Made by a program: the position numbers and the translations under genes. Shown here piece after piece: positions 56,134 through 64,000 of a DNA stretch of 64,000 nucleotides (its first letter is position 1; each line of letters begins with the position of its first letter). The DNA comes from Polyangiaceae bacterium (GTDB lineage: Bacteria > Myxococcota_A > Polyangia > Polyangiales > Polyangiaceae): contig DASXKQ010000250.1 of the NCBI GenBank assembly GCA_036496745.1, forward strand, positions 4,684 to 68,683, given 5' to 3'. The notes under the pieces were generated by a model, which saw only the letters and a program-made list of their open reading frames with translations, made no database searches and was not told the origin of the DNA.

Positions 56134-57969
56134 CTAGCGCTTGTGGGCGACTTTGCCTTTGTCGGCTGTTTTGCTGGCGACCTTCTTGGACGCGCCCTTG
56201 TCGCTCTCGCTGATCAGGAACTCGACGTAATCACGCCGCAAACGCACCCGGTAAGCCGGCACCTCGTCGCGAAACTTGAACGTGACCTCGGCGCCGGCGT
56301 TGCTGTTCGATGTGTGCACGGTCTTCACGCGCGGGTCGCGCTTGGCAATCGCGCCGCCCTGTTCCATCACCTTGCGCCCTGGGATCACCACGACAAAGCC
56401 CGTCGGCTGAATGACGCCTTGCAACTTCGAGCCGTCACCGTCGAGGCGCAAACGATAGATCGTGGGCGTGTGGATTTTACCGTGTCCCCAAGCCGCTACG
56501 TTTTCGGGCTTGCCGCCCGCCTTGTCGGCGGACTCGCTAGCCTTGTGCGAATCGTCGCCACCTTCATCGGAGAAGGCCTCGTCGTCGCCGGCCGACGGCG
56601 CAGCGAGCTTGGCCGCCGCGCGCTCCGAAGCCTCCACGCCCGCCGCTTCCGGCGACGGCGATAGCGGAGCAGGCTCCATCGTCGCCATCGGAGTCGGTCC
56701 AAACAGCGGAACGTTCGCCGTCGGCGCGCCCGACGCCAGATCCGACGCGGGCGGCGTCGCGCTCAACGGCGCGCCGGTCGAAGGAGGGAGCGCGGCCGCG
56801 GCGGCCGTCGCGCCGGCAGCCTGGCCCGGCGGTGCGGAGCGGTGAGCGGCGAGCGCAGTGACCGTCGCAAGCAGCACGACGCCCGAGGCGCCCAGGATCA
56901 GCTTCTTGTGCATCGGCTTCAGCTTGCTCGCGGAGATCTCGGCGCTCGAGCCCGATTGAGGTCGCAGGCGATGCCCTTCACCGGGCTGCGCGGAGCTCGG
57001 CGGCGGCGAGGTCTTGCGCAGCTTCGGCGCACTGTTGCCGCGGCGCGTGAGTTCGAGAACCTTGGCCGACGCACCCTTGAACAATTCGCCGAATCCAACG
57101 GCGGCGCGCCCCGAGAACTTGGCGAACGATTGTCCCGCGCTCTTCATCGCTTCACCCGCGTTGGTTGCGGCGAGGCTCAAGCGACCGCGCATTGCGGCCG
57201 CGTCCGCATCCTCGTCATCGGCGTCGTTAGGCTCGGCCGAGGCCACGTCGGCGCTGGTGGTCACCGCATCCCCTGAGATTTTGAAGCCGCGCACCGGCTC
57301 ACGCTCGACGCCGGTCACGCTCGGCTCCGGCGTGGAGTCTTCGACACCCTCGAAGCGCAGCTGCACGACCAACTGGGGCACGTTCGACGTGGGATCGATC
57401 GCAACGCTCACGCCGTCGATGTGCGCGTTGCGGCGCCCACCCTGCTCGAGGTCCTCGACTTCCAAGCGACGGCCGACTTTGAGGAACTCGAGGTTCGAGC
57501 CGACTTGCACCTTCTGGGTGCCGCTCTCGCGTACACGCGCTTTCATCGGCGAGCCGAGGCCTTCGATGTGCAAGCGCACGCGCGAGCCGACTTCAGCCTG
57601 GCTGACCGTGTCTTCCGGCTCGGGCTCGCTCGCGGCGCGCGCTCCCTCGCACAGATCGCGCAACGCCCCGACGCTCCCACTGTCCAGCGCCGTGAACTCG
57701 ACTCCGAACTCGCCGCCGCGGCTGCCCTCGTGGCGCCACGCGACGCGGCCTTCGACCACGATCTCGCGGCCTTCTTCCTCGAAGCGGCACACGAGCGGAG
57801 CGCCCTGATCCGGCAGGTAGGCCGTGCGCAAATGCATGCCACGCGCGCTCACGTCGACCGCTTCGGCTTCGAACGCGGGGATCCCCGGCTCGTTCCCGCA
57901 CACTTCGACCAACGTCTCGACCGGCACTCGACCCGCGCCCTGGGCGCGGCGCTCTTGGATTTCACTCAT
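56134..57969 (-). CDS. PilZ-domain bitopic membrane protein (alternative start at 58026)
   Basis: ERR...RVP and DVSARG (PilZ motifs), a second beta-rich domain, low-complexity linkers, one TM, and a small periplasmic C-terminal beta domain. Confidence 0.8.
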   Translation of the reverse strand: MSEIQERRAQGAGRVPVETLVEVCGNEPGIPAFEAEAVDVSARGMHLRTAYLPDQGAPLVCRFEEEGREIVVEGRVAWRHEGSRGGEFGVEFTALDSGSVGALRDLCEGARAASEPEPEDTVSQAEVGSRVRLHIEGLGSPMKARVRESGTQKVQVGSNLEFLKVGRRLEVEDLEQGGRRNAHIDGVSVAIDPTSNVPQLVVQLRFEGVEDSTPEPSVTGVEREPVRGFKISGDAVTTSADVASAEPNDADDEDADAAAMRGRLSLAATNAGEAMKSAGQSFAKFSGRAAVGFGELFKGASAKVLELTRRGNSAPKLRKTSPPPSSAQPGEGHRLRPQSGSSAEISASKLKPMHKKLILGASGVVLLATVTALAAHRSAPPGQAAGATAAAAALPPSTGAPLSATPPASDLASGAPTANVPLFGPTPMATMEPAPLSPSPEAAGVEASERAAAKLAAPSAGDDEAFSDEGGDDSHKASESADKAGGKPENVAAWGHGKIHTPTIYRLRLDGDGSKLQGVIQPTGFVVVIPGRKVMEQGGAIAKRDPRVKTVHTSNSNAGAEVTFKFRDEVPAYRVRLRRDYVEFLISESDKGASKKVASKTADKGKVAHKR

Positions 57970-58141
57970 GACAGCCTCCGCAATGGTCTCACCGCGAACC
58001 GCGCGGTGAGACTCCTCGCTTTCCACTCGAGTAAGTGAGGGGCCCGGATTTGGCCAACTTTGTCGCGCTCGAGCGCTCCGCGCGCCACAAAGCCCCGCAA
58101 ATCTTTACACGGAGCCGCGCGCGACACATCATCCGCCGTTC

Positions 58142-59119
58142 ATGGCGCTGACGGTCGTGGTCCGCTCTGGCGACCTCAAGTCTCAAGCGGCCATCACCTT
58201 CGACGCCCCGCGTATCGTGATCGGTCGAGGTGACGGCTGCGAGGTCCGCCTGCCGGATCCGAGCGTGAGCCATCGTCACGCTTCGATCCGTCAACGCGGC
58301 ACGGACTACGTGCTGATCGACGAAGGCAGCACCAACGGCACGTTCGCCGGCCCCGTGCGGCTCTCGCCGCAAGCGCCGCGGGTGATTCGCTCCGGCGATT
58401 TGATCCGCGTCGGGCGAGTTTGGCTCGAGCTCAGCGTGTCGCAAGTGCCTCCCACCCAGAATCCCGGGCTTGCCACCAAGGAGATCGCGCTGCTGCTGGT
58501 CGCGAGCTCCCTGTCCGACGAAGGCGAACTGGTTGCGCCCCGTGTGACGGTAAAAGCGGGGCCGGACGCAGGCAAAGAGCTGGTGCTCTCCGAGTTCGAC
58601 CGCAGCTACGTCGTGGGCCGCGCAGCGAACGCCGACTTATCACTCAGCGACAACGACAGCTCCCGACGTCACGTCGAGCTGATTCGGCGCGGGACGCAGG
58701 TCTTCGTGCGCGAGCTCGGCTCCAAAAATGGGGCGTTGCTCGGCGGGACCTTGATCGAGAGTGGCCGCGACACCGCGTGGCCCGTTCGTCTGAGTCTGAC
58801 GATTGGAGCCAGCGAGCTCGTCTACGAAGATCCGGTGCTCGCCGCCTTGGTCGAGATCGAAGCCGGCAGCGACGAGCGCATGCGCGATGACGATTCAATC
58901 GATCCGCCGACCGTCGACGCGGGAGTGATGCTCGGCGCGCCGCACGCCGAGCCTCTGGCGACCGGGGACGTTGCCGCGCCGCCTCCGCGCGCCTCGCGCC
59001 GGCCAGCCCCGAAGGGGCCGCGCACCGGGTTTCGCTGGGTCGATCTGTCGATCGCCCTGGTGGCGCTGACCGTGATCGGCCTCAGTTTGCTCGGCCTCAG
59101 TTGGCTGTTCAAGAACTGA
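58142..59119 (+). CDS. Double FHA-domain membrane protein
   Basis: IGRG..CEVRLPDPSVSHRHA..DEGSTNGT and VGRA..DSSRRH..ELGSKNG; C-terminal TM. Confidence 0.92.
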   Translation: MALTVVVRSGDLKSQAAITFDAPRIVIGRGDGCEVRLPDPSVSHRHASIRQRGTDYVLIDEGSTNGTFAGPVRLSPQAPRVIRSGDLIRVGRVWLELSVSQVPPTQNPGLATKEIALLLVASSLSDEGELVAPRVTVKAGPDAGKELVLSEFDRSYVVGRAANADLSLSDNDSSRRHVELIRRGTQVFVRELGSKNGALLGGTLIESGRDTAWPVRLSLTIGASELVYEDPVLAALVEIEAGSDERMRDDDSIDPPTVDAGVMLGAPHAEPLATGDVAAPPPRASRRPAPKGPRTGFRWVDLSIALVALTVIGLSLLGLSWLFKN

Positions 59120-59148
59120 GCTAGTGTCCCGAGTCCTTGATTTATTCC

Positions 59149-61101
59149 ATGAATCAACGCGCGCTCAGGGGTAGATCCCCCGCTGTGTCGACGCCGAGAA
59201 ATCGCTTCGTGTGCGCGCTGCTCGTGCTCATCGGCTGCGCTCCCAATCGACCGTTGCCGGCGCAACCCGTCATGCGCACGAGCCCACCGATACAGCCTGT
59301 GTCCGCGCCTGCGCTCGTGCCCGCTGCGGACACGCTCAATCCGTGGAGCTCGCTGCCGATCGACGAAGAACCCGACAGCTTTCGCTTCGCCGTCGTGACC
59401 GATCGCACGGGTGGACACCGCGGAGACGTGTTCGAGCAAGGCGCACAGAAAGTGCAGCTGCTGAAGCCGGACTTCGTGATGAGCGTCGGCGATTTGATCG
59501 AGGGCTATACCAAAGACAGCGCGGAGATCAGCAAGGAATGGGACGAATTCCAGCAGACTGTCGGTCGCTTCGGCGCTCGCTTTTACTATGTGCCCGGCAA
59601 TCACGACCTCTCGAATCCGGTGATGGCCGACCAGTGGCGCCAGCGCTTCGGCGCGTCTTACTATCACTTCGTCTATCGCAACGTGCTGTTTCTGTGTCTG
59701 AACACGGAGGACGGCGAACCCAACCATTTGAGCGACGAACAGCTCGCCTACTTTCAACGCACGCTCGCGGAGTACCCGCTCGTGCGCTGGACGTTGCTGT
59801 TCATGCATCGCCCGCTCTGGGCTCAAAAAGAAGGCGACCGCGGGCGGCTCGAGTTTCAACGCGTCGAGGAGTTACTGCAAGGGCGACCGTACACCGTATT
59901 CGCAGGGCATTTTCACAACTACGAAAAGTATCTCAGAAATCAGCAACGCTACATCATCCTCGCCACCACCGGCGGCGCCAGCGCTTTGCGCGGCACGCTA
60001 TTCGGTGAGTTCGACCACGTCGCCTGGGTGACGATGACCAAAGAGGGGCCGCGCATCGCCAATCTCCTGCTCTCGGGTATCGAGGACGAAGACGTACGCA
60101 CCGAGCAGTCGCGTGATAAGGTCGAGAGCTACGAGCGCAACTTCCACATCGGCGTGGAAAACGTGTATCTGAATGCTCTGCGCGTCGCGGGCGCAACGAG
60201 CAAGCTCTCGATCCAAAACGGCACGCCGAGCGCGGTCGCCGTGCAGGCTGCGTTCGGACCGAGTGGAGCGCTCGAGCCGAGCCCGCATGCCGTGCAAATC
60301 ATGCTCCAGCCCGGGCAAAAGCAAGTGTTGCCGATCGCGATCAAGCTCGATCGACCCACGCCGATCACGGACCTGCACGCGGTGCCGTTCGCGTGGTCGG
60401 CCGTCTTTGACACGCAGGGCCCGCCGCCCATGAAGTTCTCCGGTTTGATGGATTTCGTGGTGAGCCCGCTGCACGATTTCACGCGGCAACGGACGCCGAT
60501 CGTGGTCGATGGGCGCTTGTCCGAGTGGGGCAAGCTCGCGCACTCGGCTGTCCATTCGGCTCAGGTCTTGGGTGCCGAATCTTGGTCGGGGCCGCTCGAC
60601 CTGCACTACGACTTCGATCTCCGCTACGACGACGAGAACCTGTACATCGCTGTCAACGTCACGGACGATCACGTCGCGAGCGTGAAGGATCGTCCCCCGT
60701 GGGAACAGGACGGCCTCGAGCTCATGCTCGATCCGCGCGACGACCCGGAACGCGCGAACGACCGCCGAGACTATGGCGAGACCTGGCGCGACTACGCTTA
60801 TCTCGCCTTCAGTCCTGCCCAAACGCGCGAGCAAATGGCGGTCTGGGAGGCCGAGAAGATCCCGACTGGAGTCACCTTCGCGTGTCTACCGACTGTGGCG
60901 GGCTACGCGGCGGAAATCCTGATACCGAATCGCGTGCTCGACGCCTTGCGCCGTCAAGGCAAGTACGACCTCTTGCGCTTCAATCTCGCCGTCCACGACG
61001 CCGAGGAGCCGGGCGGCCCGAGCACCGTGTTTTGGTGGCAGCCGGATTGGCATCTCGACGCGAACGTGCCTGGCTCCGGCACGTTCCGAAGAAAACCGTG
61101 A
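59149..61101 (+). CDS. Calcineurin-like metallophosphoesterase lipoprotein with a C-terminal CBM9/DOMON-like domain
   Basis: Lipobox-like VLIGC; VTDRTG, VGDLIEG, PGNHD, FMHRP, AGHFH; C-terminal IVVDGRLSEW..YDDENLYIAVNVTDD..DGLEL..YAAEILIP. Confidence 0.85.
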   Translation: MNQRALRGRSPAVSTPRNRFVCALLVLIGCAPNRPLPAQPVMRTSPPIQPVSAPALVPAADTLNPWSSLPIDEEPDSFRFAVVTDRTGGHRGDVFEQGAQKVQLLKPDFVMSVGDLIEGYTKDSAEISKEWDEFQQTVGRFGARFYYVPGNHDLSNPVMADQWRQRFGASYYHFVYRNVLFLCLNTEDGEPNHLSDEQLAYFQRTLAEYPLVRWTLLFMHRPLWAQKEGDRGRLEFQRVEELLQGRPYTVFAGHFHNYEKYLRNQQRYIILATTGGASALRGTLFGEFDHVAWVTMTKEGPRIANLLLSGIEDEDVRTEQSRDKVESYERNFHIGVENVYLNALRVAGATSKLSIQNGTPSAVAVQAAFGPSGALEPSPHAVQIMLQPGQKQVLPIAIKLDRPTPITDLHAVPFAWSAVFDTQGPPPMKFSGLMDFVVSPLHDFTRQRTPIVVDGRLSEWGKLAHSAVHSAQVLGAESWSGPLDLHYDFDLRYDDENLYIAVNVTDDHVASVKDRPPWEQDGLELMLDPRDDPERANDRRDYGETWRDYAYLAFSPAQTREQMAVWEAEKIPTGVTFACLPTVAGYAAEILIPNRVLDALRRQGKYDLLRFNLAVHDAEEPGGPSTVFWWQPDWHLDANVPGSGTFRRKP

Positions 61102-61209
61102 ACGGCCCCGCCGCGACAAGCGCACCCGTTGACGAGCGATCAGACCTGCGTCCGCGCCGTGCTTGACAGCGCAGCCTATTTTGGCTGGGCTTCTGCCCGG
61201 AGGTCATGC

Positions 61210-61713
61210 ATGAAAAGCGCGCGAGTCCTGGTCATCCTGTCGATCCTACTACCGGCCTGCGGCCATTCCGTCGCGCTCGCGCCAGAAGCGAAAGACGTCG
61301 AGCTCATTCACGAGAGCGAGCGACCGCTACATTGCAAGATGCTCGGCAAGATCAATGGTGAGTCCCGCGCCAGCGATGAGAAGGTCGCGCGCGAAGGCGC
61401 CGAAAATGACTTTCGCAATCACGCCGCGGAACTCAAGGCCAATTTCGCGATGATCGACAATGAGCGTGGCGGCAAGGTCGGCACCAGTTCGGAGATTGAA
61501 TCCTTCATCGGCGGCAAGGCGCTCGCATGCGAAACCGAAGCGATGGAAGAGGCGAAGGAAAAAGCCGAAGCCAAAGCCAAAGAGCAGAAGGAGCTCGATG
61601 ACGCCAAGCGCGAGGAGCAAGAAAAAGAGGATCGCGCTGAAAAAGACGACAAGAAAAAGGGCGACAAGGACGACGACGACAAGAAGAGCAAGAAGAAGAG
61701 CAAGGACGACTAG
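61210..61713 (+). CDS. DUF4156-like lipoprotein with a charged low-complexity tail
   Basis: Lipobox LLPAC; CKMLG..G..AENDFRNHAAELKAN..GKALAC; Lys/Asp/Glu-rich C-terminus. Confidence 0.75.
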   Translation: MKSARVLVILSILLPACGHSVALAPEAKDVELIHESERPLHCKMLGKINGESRASDEKVAREGAENDFRNHAAELKANFAMIDNERGGKVGTSSEIESFIGGKALACETEAMEEAKEKAEAKAKEQKELDDAKREEQEKEDRAEKDDKKKGDKDDDDKKSKKKSKDD

Positions 61714-61729
61714 TGAGCGCTGCCCCGCT

Positions 61730-61958
61730 ACAAACTACGGTCCCAGGGCGCTGGGCGGACTGAGCATTGGCCACATCTCAACCTCAACCAGCAGCATTCC
61801 TGGGGCGCCGGGGCAAAGCCCCGCAACGTGACACATCGGGCCCGGAACACCAGATCGCGGAGCGGAACTGATAACAAGACCCAACGCGAGCCGGCGAACC
61901 CGGCGCATGCTTCGTAGCGGCTCGCGGAAGTCGCCCAACTTGGTGCGTGCGACTACAC
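61730..61958 (-). ncRNA. Candidate structured small RNA between convergent genes
   Basis: Promoter-like TTCAAG-N17-TAGGTT (61993-61965) followed by several stem-loops. I do not recognise a known Rfam family. Confidence 0.3.
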
Positions 61959-62229
61959 CCAAATAACCTACTTTTTTAGCACTACTGCTTGAAATTTGAG
62001 ATTTTCTCGAGAATTTCGCGACTTTCGGAGTGAGCTCTGGGCTTGCTTCGAGGTCCTGCGATCGAGGCGGGCCGTGTGCGAAACGGGCTCTGGTCCACCA
62101 CTTCGGGTGCCACGGGGCGCGGTCGCCCAGTTTTTGTTTTCTTGGGTCTCGCCTCCCTTTGCCGATCGGGGCGCTTCGACGCACCCGAAGGGGTGAGATC
62201 TGATCGTCCCAAAGTCTGAAGCGGTAGTG

Positions 62230-64000
62230 TTAGTGATCCTTGGGACCCTCGTCGTATGAGCGTGGCCGGTACTTTTTCGGCACGCCCGAGTTGAGCGTGC
62301 CGTTGTAGACGAGATCGCTCGCCAGAAACGCCAGCCAACTGCCCGGATACTTGTCGCCTAAATCGAGGAGCTCGTCTTTGTGAGCAAGCGCGCCCTTTTC
62401 GTCCCATAAGCACTGCAGCGCGAGCGCGATCAAGTTGGAGTCGTTGGGCGCGAGCTCGAAACCGCGCACGTAGTGAGGAAACGCCTCTTCCGGTCGGTGC
62501 ATGCGGCACAGAGTGTCCCCGTAGTACACGTGCGCCATCGCCCACTGCGGGGCTAGCCGCACGGCCTCCGCGTTGATCGCCAAGCGTTCGGACAGCTTGC
62601 CGCGCGCGCCGAGCATCACGGAGTAGTTGAGTTGTGCTTTCGCGCTGAGCGGCGCGGCATTGCGAGTGGACCGCCAAAACATCAGGTCGTCGGTGTAGTC
62701 GATGGCGTGCGATCGCGCTTGGATGACTTGTACGGCGAAGAACGCGACAGCTATGCGAACGGGCAATCGTCCCCGTGCGCGCTCGAGCAGCAAGGCGAGC
62801 GCGCTCGACGAGCCGAGCACCGGCAAATACCAAAAGCGCTCGGCCCGCACCGTGGGCAAGAGTACCGGGATGTTGGAGTGTGGAAAGTACGCGACAGGCA
62901 GCCAAACCAGCGCCACCCCCAACAGCACGAGCGAGCTCGTCTCGAACCGCAACGACTCGGCGAGCCCATCACCGGCGACTCGGCGCCGAACCCGGCTCTC
63001 GCGCACGAGTGCCGCGACCCACAACGCAACTCCGCACAAGGGAGGCACCACGAGCAGGGCGCCTCCGAGCACGCTACCCGGGAAGAGCAGACTCTTGGGC
63101 ACCGGTTCTTGGGCGAACGAGTAGTCCCCACTGAGCGTCCACGGGAATACTACCTGGCCGAAGCCGCGCGCGTAAACGCGCAGCGCGCCTGCCACGCGAT
63201 GAGGGAAGTCCGCGTCCACTAGCGGATTGTTGATCGCGTCGTGCGGCAACTGTGGCTGTTGAAACCAGTGCAAGAACGCCACGAACCCGCGGGAAAATGC
63301 GGTGCCCCCGGGCAATGCGGAAACGGGCGAGCTGCCATCGGCAACCGGGTAGAAGTGTTTGCGCACGAGCGTGTAGACGACGAGCGCGGCGGTCGCCATC
63401 ACGAAGCAAATAAGAGCGCGCAGGAAGCGCAGCGGGGTTTTGGAGTGAAAGAGCGGCGCGCTCAGCAAGGCTGCCCAAGGCAGGAGCGGCAGCGTCACGA
63501 GCACGCTCTCTTTGCTGAAGAGGCCGAGTAAGCACGTCGCGAATACGACCGCCGGCATGGCCAGCAGAGAGCGGCGCAAGGCGTGGAGTCCCAGCAGCAC
63601 GAACAGCCCGGCCAACACGTCGGCAATCCCGACCACACCGGTAACGGCTTCCGTCAACACGGCGCTGCTCAGAAAGCACGCGCCTGCCAACCAGCCCGCC
63701 GCGCGCCGGCGCGTGATCGCGAACACGAAGCCCGCGAGCAGCGCCGCGTTCGCCGCGTGTACCACGACGTTCACGCAGTGGTGCAAGAATGGCTCATGGC
63801 TCACGTACCAGAGCGCGCGCCAGATCAAGTCGGGCAGCGGTCGATAGGAGCCGATGCTGCGCGTCGGCGGCAACCCCCAGAAATCCACCTTGAACGCGTG
63901 CCAGATGGGCCCGGCTTTGCCGTTGACGAATGGATTGGCGAGCAGCGCCTCTTGCTCGTCGAAGATGTAATTCGAGAGCGGGCTGCGCACGAAAATCAGC
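62230..64000 (-). CDS. TMTC-like (DUF1736) GT-C protein O-glycosyltransferase with TPR (8); 5'-partial
   Basis: YIFDEQ, SYRPL, HHCVNVVVHA, TEAVTGVVG.ADVL, FSKES, LSGDYS, AERFWYLP, then TPR helices. Confidence 0.85.
   Translation of the reverse strand, partial: LIFVRSPLSNYIFDEQEALLANPFVNGKAGPIWHAFKVDFWGLPPTRSIGSYRPLPDLIWRALWYVSHEPFLHHCVNVVVHAANAALLAGFVFAITRRRAAGWLAGACFLSSAVLTEAVTGVVGIADVLAGLFVLLGLHALRRSLLAMPAVVFATCLLGLFSKESVLVTLPLLPWAALLSAPLFHSKTPLRFLRALICFVMATAALVVYTLVRKHFYPVADGSSPVSALPGGTAFSRGFVAFLHWFQQPQLPHDAINNPLVDADFPHRVAGALRVYARGFGQVVFPWTLSGDYSFAQEPVPKSLLFPGSVLGGALLVVPPLCGVALWVAALVRESRVRRRVAGDGLAESLRFETSSLVLLGVALVWLPVAYFPHSNIPVLLPTVRAERFWYLPVLGSSSALALLLERARGRLPVRIAVAFFAVQVIQARSHAIDYTDDLMFWRSTRNAAPLSAKAQLNYSVMLGARGKLSERLAINAEAVRLAPQWAMAHVYYGDTLCRMHRPEEAFPHYVRGFELAPNDSNLIALALQCLWDEKGALAHKDELLDLGDKYPGSWLAFLASDLVYNGTLNSGVPKKYRPRSYDEGPKDH

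Noticed and set aside
61735-62184. 149-aa minus-strand ORF (or its 57-aa distal part) in the intergenic gap
   Set aside because: Many A/T third positions unlike neighbouring genes, no clear RBS and no motif.

Overview
GC-rich bacterial DNA. The gene content (RpoH-like sigma paralogs, a TonB_C-fused receptor, FecR/TPR anti-sigma, PilZ and FHA proteins, a giant TPR/HEAT protein) points to Myxococcota, probably Polyangia; this is an inference. Layout: (1) 1-13.8 kb: RND pump, dienelactone hydrolase, two divergent RpoH-like sigma factors flanking a sigma-exbB-exbD-tonB-TBDR-lipoprotein operon, and an ECF sigma (frameshifted) / FecR anti-sigma module. (2) 13.8-16.2 kb: a tRNA-Leu(TAG) integration site holding a ~1.63-kb integrase-less island (RelE/HigB-like toxin, XRE antitoxin, GNAT) bounded by ~165-bp direct repeats, next to a decayed GyrI-like gene. 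(3) 16.7-56.1 kb plus the right edge: a large cell-envelope glycosylation region with about 8 GT-C-like polytopic proteins, 3 GT2 enzymes, GtrA, 4 UPF0104 flippase-like proteins, amino-sugar enzymes and tailoring enzymes, but no recognisable Wzx/Wzy/ABC exporter; interspersed are aguA/aguB, an RluA synthase, tsaD and a doubly deleted LhgO-like pseudogene. (4) 56-62 kb: PilZ, FHA, metallophosphoesterase and DUF4156-like genes, and a structured 516-bp intergenic region that may encode an sRNA. All family assignments come from motif recognition by eye; no database searches were run.
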